In this document: positions 49,382 to 60,400 of the stretch, piece by piece
Numbering within the stretch: the stretch's first letter is position 1
Layout of the letters: each line of letters begins with the position of its first letter
NCBI GenBank assembly: GCA_946965045.2
Contig: OX337235.1
Span: forward strand, 2,728,001-2,792,000
Reading direction: 5' to 3'
Length of the DNA: 64,000 nucleotides
Origin: Epithemia pelagica
Lineage: Eukaryota; Protista; Bacillariophyta
The notes under the pieces: model-generated
Database searches by the model: none
Seen by the model: only the letters and a program-made list of their open reading frames with translations
What the model was told of the DNA's origin: nothing
Made by a program: the position numbers and the translations under genes

Positions 49382-51436
49382 TCAATCGAAAAGGTTGAAA
49401 CCAGTCCAGGCATCGTCGTCATTGAAACGTGGATTGCCATGGCAATTATAGCCTAACTTGACTCTTAAATGAAAGCCATCGACTTCGGGTTCGAATATTT
49501 TAGCCGCAAAGCATTTGAGCAACAAAGCTTTTGTTCGTGGCCGTGCTGTTTGGATGGTCTTTACACGGAAGACGGCTTTACAGAATTCCTTAACAGGCTT
49601 TCCTTCATTGTCCATGGTCTCAAAGTGTAGCAGCTCGTTGAGGAAGCAGTCACGATGAAGGGACAATTTTGAAGGGACAAGCTTTTGGGTTATAAAAATC
49701 GCCAGAATATATTTCTTCAATTCGTTTCGGTCAATGCGAGCGTCCAAAGGAGTAGATACCCGACGATCCAAGCAACGCCAACATGCGCCACTACAGGATT
49801 TAGGCATATCGCAGACATTGGTGCAACGGGGGTTAAGCATTGACTGTTCCAGGTCGTAATGGACGCACGTACCCTTGTCGAGACAAATCAGAGAAAGAAC
49901 CTGAAGAACGTTTTGCCATTGTCGATGAGCAAGCTGTGTTGCATTGAGAGTGGTTGAAGGAGCGCATTGTGACGACGAGCCGAGAGATGATTGTGATTTA
50001 GAAGGCATTGGTTTGATTTGTGCCTGTTCTTTCTTGGACTTGGCTTCTTCCACTTTCGGTATGACGAAGATCCGAATCATAAGGGAAATAAGAGAATTAA
50101 GAGATAGAACCATACAGAAGGACGAGTTGCCCGGATGGGCTGACGGTGAACGACCGCAGCGACCAGAGCATTGAAGGAGATCTTCTAAAGTCGTAGGGAT
50201 ACCATGGAAGATGACTTTATCAACCGCATCACAGTCCAAACCGGAACTACTCGTGGCAGCGGTTGCAAAGTAGGCTACAGGGTCGAAGGAAAGAGTCTGG
50301 CCAGTGGTTGGACAAGTATCCACCAACGGGGGTCCAATGAACATGTCGGTGTGGTGGAACTTCTGTTCCCTGAACATGTTCCCGTGGACAAGCAAAAGAT
50401 CCTTTGGGATCTCCATGACGTTGAGCAATTGACGGCTTTGAGCATGTAGATTGATGATGGCCTTTCTTGAATTGGAGTAAACAATTAGTTTCCTGTTGCC
50501 GGGAGTTTTGCAGGTCTTCACAAGGTCAGCTTTTATTCTTCGACTTGGCGAATCTTTAAACGACAAGTCGATGAAAATGTTTCGCCTCTGTACTCCAGAG
50601 TGATTGTGGGGCCATATCAAATCTTTCTCGGGATGAAAGGACAAACCAGTCAACAATTGGAGATCGTGAAGCATGGCCTGTGAGGCAGTGGCAGTCATAA
50701 ACAAAACAGGGACAGGATGTCGGCTGTTTTTTTGGGCAATACGGAAAAGACATCGTTCCAAGTGACCGAATTCTTCTCGGAATTCCATACCGTGTGCGGC
50801 GTACAAGTGGCATTCATCCACGGCAATAAGACGCAGGGTTCCTTGCTTGCAACACTTTGCAATGGTTTGTTGCCACAGTGGATTGTTGGTGATTTTTTGT
50901 GGTGAAGAAAAAAGAGACACTGTTGTAGAGGATTCTTTTGGTAGGGCCTGCAGTTTGTCACGGAGTTCATTGTTGAGGTGTGCAGATCGGAGCATGTCGA
51001 GGTTGAAGACGTTCAAGCGATGTGAAAGGTCTTGGCCCAATGAAAGCTGGGATAGCTTCGACGTTTGATCCGCTGCCAAACTTAGAAGTGGGACGATCGT
51101 GATGGTTATCCCCCCGCACATAAAGCCAGAAATGTCACGGACAGCAGATTTTCCGCCACCAGTGGAACGAACAAGGAGGAGCGGACGAAGAAGGTCTTGT
51201 GTTGGTGGCTCAATATGCCGTTTGATAACCTCTTTGCAGGCGTCAACCTGCCAATGTCGGGCAGTCTTGCCGTGCCAGTCGGTAAAAGCAGAAATTACCG
51301 CCTCTTGAAGAGACGTGCGGTTGCAGAAAGGGTCATGACCATTGGGAAGGGGTTCGGGCAAGGTTCGGGGTACAGGAAGGGGTCCATGACGGGTGTTCTC
51401 GGTCACCTCTTGCCTTGGGTTGCTTGTGGCGGACAT
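49382..51436 (-). CDS. RecQ-like SF2 helicase (AcademH-type)
   Basis: Motifs I RSTGGGKS, Ia VPLLSLAADQ, II IAVDECH, III FMTATA, IV IVYSNSR, V ATAATSSSGLD and VI QCSGRCGR; Cys-rich C-terminus; ATG at 51436. Confidence 0.85.
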   Translation of the reverse strand: MSATSNPRQEVTENTRHGPLPVPRTLPEPLPNGHDPFCNRTSLQEAVISAFTDWHGKTARHWQVDACKEVIKRHIEPPTQDLLRPLLLVRSTGGGKSAVRDISGFMCGGITITIVPLLSLAADQTSKLSQLSLGQDLSHRLNVFNLDMLRSAHLNNELRDKLQALPKESSTTVSLFSSPQKITNNPLWQQTIAKCCKQGTLRLIAVDECHLYAAHGMEFREEFGHLERCLFRIAQKNSRHPVPVLFMTATASQAMLHDLQLLTGLSFHPEKDLIWPHNHSGVQRRNIFIDLSFKDSPSRRIKADLVKTCKTPGNRKLIVYSNSRKAIINLHAQSRQLLNVMEIPKDLLLVHGNMFREQKFHHTDMFIGPPLVDTCPTTGQTLSFDPVAYFATAATSSSGLDCDAVDKVIFHGIPTTLEDLLQCSGRCGRSPSAHPGNSSFCMVLSLNSLISLMIRIFVIPKVEEAKSKKEQAQIKPMPSKSQSSLGSSSQCAPSTTLNATQLAHRQWQNVLQVLSLICLDKGTCVHYDLEQSMLNPRCTNVCDMPKSCSGACWRCLDRRVSTPLDARIDRNELKKYILAIFITQKLVPSKLSLHRDCFLNELLHFETMDNEGKPVKEFCKAVFRVKTIQTARPRTKALLLKCFAAKIFEPEVDGFHLRVKLGYNCHGNPRFNDDDAWTGFNLFD

Positions 51437-52100
51437 GTTGCTTGTATTACAGTGGTGGGAAGGTACGAGAAGGCGTTTGGGAGGCAAAATCAACGTGGTA
51501 TGACGTCCTTGGAGGTCAGGACAGGGTCATGAAACAATTCGGCGGGCTTTAAAACGTTCAGGAGGAATGCACCAACGCTCACAAGTTTGGCTCCGTGTTG
51601 GATGTGTTGAGGTGCAATGAGTTTTGTATCAACCTCGGGAAATCGCTGATTTTGGACGTCGCGCCTTGGGGGTGAGAATGAGAATCACTGAAATGATTGA
51701 CGGACAGACTGCAAAAATCTCACCCCCGCTGGGGGGTAGCAAATTCCCGGGGGTCTGGTTACACCACAGTAAAACGCTTGTTTGGGGGCAATCAAAATTT
51801 GGACTTTCTATGGTTTCACCCCGTCCTAATACTACTACGAGAAATTTTTGTGAGTTTCCTCCTCAATTCTCAAGTTCCACAGGATCCGACTACGAGTAGG
51901 TAATGTGCGGCCAGTTTCTCACCAGCGCTTGGGGATAATAATATAATATTTAGGGATAAGGCTACCGTCAATGGTGATGACGTCGTCGTGATGCTATATA
52001 TCCTTCGAACAACTCGTCTCGGCGAACGGGTCTGGAAAACAGAAAACAATGATGGCGACAACAACCACCTCCTTCAGGTCGGCCGCCCGAAAGCTGTCGG

Positions 52101-52808
52101 GTGGTACTGGTACCACGCCGTTCCCTCCGGAAGACTTACCAACAAATAGAAATGATGAGTTGTGGAAAAAGAAATCCGAGAAGCCTACGCATTGGATTTG
52201 CCCGAGTTGGCGGCCCTGAAGAACTACACGTCGAGGCAACAACAACAGCAGCAATACGCATTCTTCGTGGAGTTGACTGTCCTGGGGGGCCTTAAAGTCG
52301 AATGGTGCAAGAGGAAATAGGAAATGTGTACAAGTTTCTGTAGAAGCACAATTCTTTGCACAAGGGGATTCAAATTGAATATTCCGAAGACGATTTGGTT
52401 GTTGAAGCATACTTTTTGTGTTACGATTCGGCTTGTGCTTTCCAAACTGCTACAAATGCATGGGAGATTCACAAAGAACTGGCACATTTGGACGGAGTGA
52501 CCATTGACCCTATCACACCTGCCAAAGCGACGTTACCTCCGGATCTTCAGCGCCTTGAAGACTACATGGCACAGGATTCGGAATCATCATGCCAAACGCT
52601 GCAGCATCTACATTCATACCATCTTTCAGTTCCAGTGACCGAGCTTGTGGATCCCTCTTCCCCACTAATGAAATACCAGTGTATTGACGAACTCAAACCG
52701 CATGTCGGGCACTACAAGTGCCACTTGATTGACAAGGCGAAATCAAAGACCTACCAATCAAACAAAAAATTTGCTGGCAGCAAGCTGGGATTTTCACCAA
52801 CAGCTTGA
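52101..52808 (+). pseudogene. Unidentified degraded coding remnant
   Basis: Protein-like 150-codon ORF 52356-52808 preceded by interrupted frames; no family recognised. Confidence 0.25.
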
Positions 52809-53778
52809 TGGGTTAAATGTAACCGAAGGGAACCGTTAGTTTCCATTTCCGTCGCGTCATCCTCGCAACATCGTCTTGCTAGCCATGATAACCGGTTCTC
52901 GGTGCAATTGGCGCTAGAGTTCTTCTACGCAGACCTCGGATCAGCCTTCAACGCTGTAAATGGATCTCGAAAACTCAATGATACGACTTGGGAGACAACG
53001 GTCTATGTACAAGATAAGGAAACCTTTGGAAAGTGTGTCAGGTGGAAATACGAAACCACTTAGAAGGCATGGAGCGACAACCGAAGGTTTCTCTATCAAG
53101 AATAATGAGTTAGAGTGGTACTTGCGTGGTTGACGGTTCCGTCGCTCTTGGGCGTTCATCATTTCGTATCTTGTTTGTTCCGTTGGTCGACAACGTATGC
53201 CCATCCACCCCATGAGTACCAGAATTCTGGACATAACCACCGAGACCAGGAGACGAGCACTTTTTGTTTCCAACGACGAAGCAGTGGATGGTGATGCAAG
53301 GCATCGTCATTTTTCATCCTAGAGTCACCGTCCCTGATGTTCCATTAATCGAAATCAGTTGGGATTATTTGTCCCTCCTGTGTCACCCCCAATTCTCTGT
53401 TGAATTCACCCGATGACGATACAACGCCTAACAGTGTCTGCAATTGGATTGGACCACATCACACCGTCTCCCGCACATCGGTGGGTTCACCCAGTTTCTT
53501 GACCCTGAATCAGATAGAGTTGCGGTGGAGACTAAGGAAGGTAGGAATATGTCAAAGCATATAGCTTCGTGCCTTGTGCCTATGGCTTTCTCTGGTGATG
53601 AAACGAATCACCGGGGCTACCAGGATACCACGGAAGTCGAGCGTTAAGAGTTGAGAAGCCTCGTGTATTTGACCGAAAAGTGGCAGAAGAGGCGACTATA
53701 GAAGTGGTGTTAGACGAAGACTATTCAAGAAATGGGACAGATGCGGAGCATTGATAAAGCATTTTGTTTTTGCGAGAG

Positions 53779-53884
53779 CTATTGGCGCTTCACTCGCCGT
53801 TACTGGACCAATCCTAGTTAGTTTCTTTTCCTCCGCTTATTAATATGCTTAAATTCAGCGGGTCCTCTTGTTTGAGCTGAGATC
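53779..53884 (-). rRNA. Second, shorter copy of the divergent 28S 5' fragment (~106 nt)
   Basis: Matches 34253-34358, including ACCCGCTGAATTTAAGCATAT and the TTGG/CCAA covariation. Confidence 0.92.
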
Positions 53885-54092
53885 AGGGACATAAGACATG
53901 AGGATGCATCGCATGTTCATATTGACCACCATTTCACACAACCAAGCAAACGGAGAAAGTCGAGAACGATGATAGCTCGTTGCTCGCTGAGGACCAGGGG
54001 CTCCTACGTACTTGAGCCGAGCACTCGCTTTGGCGTCCATTCTCGCATTACTTCTTCCCAGGCGAATCGGTGCCTTTAGGATGGTCAGGAAA

Positions 54093-55754
54093 CTATATTG
54101 CGCGACCACCGTCGACTGAAAGCGACAACTCTACAAGGTCGGACTTCGAAGCAAACTCCTTCAACGGGCCAATTAACTCAAAAAGATCTAAAAAATTGGC
54201 CCGGCCCTTGACATTTCGGTCCCACCAACCTGAAAACGTAGACCCAGCTTCTGGTCCGCTAACGACCGGACGGAAAAGTTGTAGGAGGTATAACATAGAC
54301 TCCAAATCATGCGATTTCTCCATTCCCAGAGAGCCTACGGTTGAGTCCGCAATGGCCTGTACAACATCTTGAGCACGCCCGCCATCTGAGCCATCCCGTT
54401 TCAGAAGACGCAACGTCGAAGGATACCGCTCCCCCTCGCGTCGACAAAAATCAAAGTCAACGATCATTCCCGTATGCAAAATGCAATTAAGCAACCGTAT
54501 GTCGCCATGAACAAAACCTTTTCCATGCAGTGTCTGCAAGTTCTCCAAAAGCCGTCCGAGCATGGCTGCCGGAACGCGGTGGAACCACTTCTGTCCATCT
54601 TCTCTGCCATAAAATTTGGTTGTGACAATACAGAGATCATCGTCGATTTCAGTTTCTTCTGCGTTCGGGTCGATAAATTCTCTAACTAACTCGATGTTCG
54701 GCTTCCTACGATCTTGTTCCGCAACATTGCGGTCGCGATAATCGTAACCCTTGACGACTTTTCTGCTTTTTTTGTGGAGTGATGTGACGTTGCTCAGCAT
54801 GTACTCCATGAAAGTGCCCTTGATTTCAGTCTTGTAGTTTTGAAGGTAACCCTTGATTCCCGAGATGAGCATCTTGAGACCAGCTTCGTTCTTGCCTTCC
54901 ATCAACATAACCTTGCGGAATGGAGGTTTATTCGACTCGGAGATCCAAGGAACAATCCCAAATGCTCTAATGTTCAAACAGTTCATGTCTGTGCCATGAA
55001 CTTGAACTCCGAGTACTGATCGCTGTGAAACGCTCATGTAGTCCGTTCCATAGCACGCTGATTGGGCTTCGAAATCGTCAAAATTGTTCCGAGGCTTGTA
55101 CTCCAACAAAACAGCGACCTGCCCATCACCGGAAGTTGTCTCCTCGCAGAATACAGCGATATCAACGTCCTGCTTTGACGATGGTTTGCTATCTGGGAGG
55201 ATTGGGGTTTGGTGAACGACAGTGCAATCATCTGAGCGCAGTTCGTGCGCCAGGATTCTGCCTAACTGGCAACTTCGAGGAGTCTCGAGGTCAGTCGTTC
55301 GTCCTTCTTTCGGGCACCATGCCGTCACCTGTTCATTCATGATTCTGCGTGCGGTTGCGGAAAATTCAAAGCTCTTTTTCATTGCCTTTAGGAAAGCAAT
55401 GTACGATGGAACATGAACAAAGGATCCGTACATAAACCCACTAGGCAAAACATCCCTTTCGTACAACTTTCTCTTGTTGGTATCAGTCCCAAGGGTAGAT
55501 GCTGAATGATCAAAAGTAGGTGGGGGGACATAATCAATGATTCTTTGTGTTTGCCTATTTGCGTTGTCGATCAGCAAGTCCGCAGTCTGAGGGATACGCT
55601 GCCGATCTAAAACTCCTCCGGCTAGAACACTAAATTCACACAGTAATGTCGCTGCGTCACGCCAAAATTCATCCGACCTCATCGGAGCATCATTGCGTTT
55701 CTTCACCGCATTGACCAGCGCCTCGATGTATTCTTCCTTCGTAGATTCTGACAT
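54093..55754 (-). CDS. PD-(D/E)xK nuclease plus atypical kinase, copy 2 (553 aa)
   Basis: Near-identical to 34569-36239. Confidence 0.65.
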   Translation of the reverse strand: MSESTKEEYIEALVNAVKKRNDAPMRSDEFWRDAATLLCEFSVLAGGVLDRQRIPQTADLLIDNANRQTQRIIDYVPPPTFDHSASTLGTDTNKRKLYERDVLPSGFMYGSFVHVPSYIAFLKAMKKSFEFSATARRIMNEQVTAWCPKEGRTTDLETPRSCQLGRILAHELRSDDCTVVHQTPILPDSKPSSKQDVDIAVFCEETTSGDGQVAVLLEYKPRNNFDDFEAQSACYGTDYMSVSQRSVLGVQVHGTDMNCLNIRAFGIVPWISESNKPPFRKVMLMEGKNEAGLKMLISGIKGYLQNYKTEIKGTFMEYMLSNVTSLHKKSRKVVKGYDYRDRNVAEQDRRKPNIELVREFIDPNAEETEIDDDLCIVTTKFYGREDGQKWFHRVPAAMLGRLLENLQTLHGKGFVHGDIRLLNCILHTGMIVDFDFCRREGERYPSTLRLLKRDGSDGGRAQDVVQAIADSTVGSLGMEKSHDLESMLYLLQLFRPVVSGPEAGSTFSGWWDRNVKGRANFLDLFELIGPLKEFASKSDLVELSLSVDGGRAI

Positions 55755-57444
55755 TTTGGTTGGTCCCTCTTCTTCCTCATGGTTTCCCCAAGGTCGTCAT
55801 TATGACAATACACCACCGACCAGGCCGGCTTGAACGGATGAAGGACGGACTGTCCATTCATCTCTCATCGAGAGATACTATAATAATATGAGAACTGGGC
55901 GTTCTCCTGTGGTGGGCTGCCAAAGTGTGTTGAGCGGGTGGGGAAAATAGTTGAGACTGGCCAATTAGAAACTGCTGAGGAAGAGCTGCCGTGATACTTC
56001 CTGCCAATGGTCTCTAAAACTGGAGAACTTGAGCGCACGGGAGTCGATAGCAAGCCAGCAATGGAAATTGCGTTTGGGTGGAGAAGGACAGCCGTTTGTG
56101 GTGGTTGATGGGGTGTTGCATCGACCCTATTGTGTAATCCTTAACAAACCTGTGGGAAAGAGCACCCCGAATGGCCAATGCGAAGGAATACATGCTTTCA
56201 GCCCCACAAAATAAAGGTGTTGTATAGGAAAGTCAGGCCACCAGACTCCATCGGTCCTCTAGGGCGCTTCCAAAGTGCAATCACTTGCCTCATTGTCCCG
56301 CGTTTGGCAACCAAACGGGTAGCATGGGCTCTTGTCGTGTGCAACACTGTTCACCGCATCATCATCACCACCAAAATCTGATCATCATCGTCTGATCATC
56401 ATCATCCTGTTCCTGAAGAGTGCGCAGAAAGTATCAGTTTGCATCGCTACTCATCAAATTCTCCTTGTAGCAGAAGGAAGCTCGCCGTGTCGTCACTCTG
56501 ATGACGTCGGCACGAAAAATCAAGTCCACGCTGGACCTCCTGTGGTAAAATGAACGCTCAACAAAAGAAAGCGTCCATCGATAGGCGTTCTCGCCTGTCC
56601 TTCCTGTTCTCAACCCTCGTAACATTCGTCAAAAAGTGTTCTGTTCTCTTTCTTCAGTATCTGGTGTTTGAGGTTGGCTGAGCACTTCCAAGTAGTCTAA
56701 CCATCCGGGGCTATTTCCATGGACACCTCCCGTTCCTCGCGACAGTCCCAAGTTGTGGCGCGCGTAGCCGTGATGGCTTGTATCGGTACCGAAACAAGAC
56801 CAAGTATTTTTTCCTTTCAATCGATTTTCTCCTTCTTGTTCTGCAACAACAATCTGTGCATGGCTCTGGCCCCATTACCGCGCGGTGTTCTGATTCTGAC
56901 CTTGTCTGGTAAAGGTTACATTCCAAGTTGAAGAAGAAGGCTCTGTTTCCGTCTCCAATTGGATTATATCTTTCTCCTCGTCGACAAAAGATGTATTGGA
57001 GCTTGATTCTACTTTCTACGAAACACATTGAATTGATATTGTTGTTTGTCCTCTCCAAACCCATGTTACGAACAGTCAACATGATCCTTTAGAAGCTTCG
57101 AGATGTTCGGCGATGGAAAGGGTCAGCGGGATAGAACGGACAGGATACTTTCGTTTCAGCTTCATTACGGTCGCACGCATAGCAAAGCAGAAGTTGCATC
57201 TAAGTCAATGTGCCATGCCGCGCTTTGATATAATGAGGCACTGGTTTCCATGCTCCAGCCATAAAGATTTTGTGCTAATTTTGCATAATAACTATATCTG
57301 GGCAAAGAGAAGATGGATACTATAGCCTTTGCCATCAAAAACCAAGAAACGCACCGATTCTCGAACTCCTGTTTGTCACCTTTGAAGGTTTATCAGGACG
57401 ATATTCTTGTGTAGAGCCATTGCATCGACCGTTAATGTCATTTT

Positions 57445-60400
57445 TCACCAGCAAGGAAAGACGCAGCTTCCCAGCAAATAACAATCTGCTTCGAGAACAC
57501 TCAACCCCAAGTTGCAAACAGCATTGTCATCAATGGTTCCGTTGAAATTGTTTGAATAAATTCGCAATTTCAACAAGCCCTTCATTTGCGACAAAATGAC
57601 GTTCGGAAATTCTCCACTAAATTGATTCCGAAACAAATCCAACTGCGTTAAACTCTGCAATCCGACAAAACTGGTGGGCAAATTGCCGGTCAAGCGATTG
57701 CGGCTGAGTCGTAGCCAATGTAGCATACTCAAATCGCCGTATTCAAAGGGAATGGTCCCAGTCAAATCATTGTTTGTCGCATCAATGAGTTGCAAGGAAT
57801 CCTTGAGCATGACCCACTCTGGTACCAATTGTCCAGGCATGCCTTGTTGAGCCACATTAATGGCCACGATGCGACCATCAAAATCGCAAAAGACACCGAT
57901 CCATTCGCATTCGTTGTCTCCTTCATTTGGCCAATTGGTGACGGAAAAGAGTTGGCGATGGTGATGACTCAACCACGTTTGAGACGAGACGGTCGTGGGA
58001 AGTTGGACCAATCCCCCCGATTGAATTGTTTGAAAGGAATAGCAAAGGAGGGCAAATTTCTGAATCCATCGCCAGTCGTGTGGCACAGCACTACTACTGT
58101 TGGTCAACGTGGTTGCGTTCATCAAAATAACATGGTGGAGGGCTTGTGATTGTGCCGAGTCGGGGTCGGCCAATGCGAGGGCCGTCGAGGCGGGTGCCTG
58201 GTCCAAAATCAAGAGGCGCAGGGGACTCGGAAGAGTGGGAGAATCACTGGGAAAACGAGTTGCCGTCGGTCCATTGGTCGGAACCACGGAAGTTACTGGA
58301 CTGTGAGTGCCGGACTCGACAACAGAGGCATTGGAAAACGAAGGAGCGTTGGATGACCCATCAAGAGGTGGCAAAGATGGAAGCACCGTGGGTGGGTAAG
58401 TGGGCCGGGCGGACGGTGTTGGTGTCGGGAACCGAGACGGTTGAACCGTGGTGGGCAAGGCCGTGGGGAAGCGTGCGGGAAAGGGAGTGGGAGGCCTCGA
58501 TTCCGGATGGCTTGGGTTGCTTGTTGATGGAAATGATGGAGTTTGGGTCGGGGTTTTCGTGGACGCCACTTGAGGAGACACACTTGGCTGTGGGTACACT
58601 TGAGTAGGAGTGGTTTGGTTGCAGCAGTACAGATAGACACCACCAATTGTGGGACAGCAATGACCTTTGAGTGCCAAGGCTTGGCAGCCTGGGGAGTTTT
58701 TGCAATAGGCATCTTCTTGGGATGTCATGTCCGAGGGTGAATAGGACGGACTGGAGGAGGGAGCAAGTGATGGGAGATAGGTGGGAAGCGCTGTTGGTTG
58801 CCCCGAAGGATGCACCGAATCAGAACTGGGGGACAGCGACAGTTTCCTGGATGGACTCGTGGAAACAGAGACAGAGGGCTCTTCCGATGGAGCGGGCGTT
58901 GGGGCCCTAATGGATGGCATTTGGGGGGATGGGGAGTGTGTTTGTCCACGCGGCGAAATATTCGTTTGTGAAGGTGACAGTGGTGAGAGGGATGGTTCCA
59001 TTGAAGCTAACTGGGGAGACACAGAAGGAGTCTCTGACAAAGCAGCCGAGGAAGTCGTGCGGCTGGCGGCACTAGTTGGCGAGTCAGTAATGGTTGCCAT
59101 GATGGCTGATATTGTCGGTGATGGTGTCTCCAGAGACTGATGGCTTGATGGATGTGACGTTGGTGCTGGGGATGTGGCCACTATACTAACTGTTTCCGAA
59201 TGACGGAATGGATTGTTCCCCGAGAGGGTTTCATTAAGAAAGTTGAGGAACGCTGATGATGAGTGGCTATCAAGTCGTCGGGCTTCCCTTCTTCTTCCTG
59301 ATGAGAATGAATCTCTCACATACTGCCATAGTGTCCCCTCATCGGAACATGATGGATCATTCAATCGTAAGCATGTGCTGTATTCTGTTGTCACTGCCAT
59401 AGTGTCGGCACCGGTTGTCTCGATGGGAACGCCGCTTGTAACGACTATGCCTGCAAAGCAGTCAGACACAACATCCCGAATCACCTGATCTATCCATGTT
59501 TTCGTGGTATCGATCATTTCAGATATCTCGTTGTTGCTCAACAAATCTTGAACTCCTACTGCAATAGTGAGTTCAACTATGAATGTTCTGATTGCAATGG
59601 CTGGTGATGCACAACTTGATGTGGGGGACAACGACATAGTCGGGGATGACGTTGGATTTATTTTCGGTGGAGGTTTCTCCGGGCCTGTTACTGCTGACAC
59701 TCTTGGTCTCTCATCATTCAGAGAGAATGCGCTCACAATAGCGATCGCGATTGCAAGAATCATAACCGCCACCAGAATAATAACGAGAAGATCTAACCGG
59801 AATCGCCAGTAATGCTTCTTTGGAATGCGGTTTCGAGCACGTTGTCCATCGGGGGCATCACTTGTGTCGTTTTGTTCATCAATCGCTTCATCTCGACCAG
59901 TTTCGAATGGAGAACTTCGTCGTCCGAGAGCCCGGGGAAGGGAAAACATACAGCTTGAGTTGGACGGCTGCTCAAAGTCTCCACCCCGTATGCTCTCATA
60001 CCTGGGTGGGTTGGCTTCTTTTCCAAGTGGAAGTATACCAGATGATTCAACATCATTACATGTTTGCACTGTTTCATCATTGGACACAATGCCGTTCTGG
60101 TACGAATGAGATGTCACACCAACGACCTTTAAAACGCCCACAGAGCTGGATTTATTGTCGTCGTTGGGGGCTTTTTCTGATATTTCAGAAGTTTGCTGTT
60201 CTTGCTGAAGTTTTCTTTCAGGATAGTTGCCTATGCGTTTGTTGTGAGTACGGCCTGTGTTGAAGCCAGGGTCCATTCGAGAATCCGTGCTCGCACCCAA
60301 AGCATGTTGTGGTGGTTTTGACTTCTCAACCTCGCAACTAGTTTTAAAAAAAATTGAAGCCTCACTCGCATATGAGGATGTCTGTACGCTCCTCTCATTT

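Larger units (their letters stand above)
37531..51892. mobile_element. AcademH-like DNA transposon (transposase + RecQ-like helicase, convergent), interrupted by the copia element; outer ends tentative
   Basis: Gene pair and orientation; perfect 21-22 bp inverted blocks upstream of both genes (37920-37941/51658-51679 and 37950-37970/51619-51639); tentative TAGTC...GACTA termini. No target-site duplication found. Confidence 0.6.
53779..55861. repeat. 2.1-kb segmental repeat, copy 2
   Basis: Direct repeat of 34253-36357. Confidence 0.95.

Noticed and set aside
53110-53310. Crinkler-like N-terminus (ITIHCFVVG) near cassette copy 2
   Set aside because: Short 66-aa ORF with no LFLAK-type continuation. 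It lies downstream of, not fused to, the nuclease-kinase gene, so it is likely chance.
55862-57330. Short ORFs between cassette copy 2 and the LRR gene
   Set aside because: No motifs or consistent frame; cannot be supported as genes.
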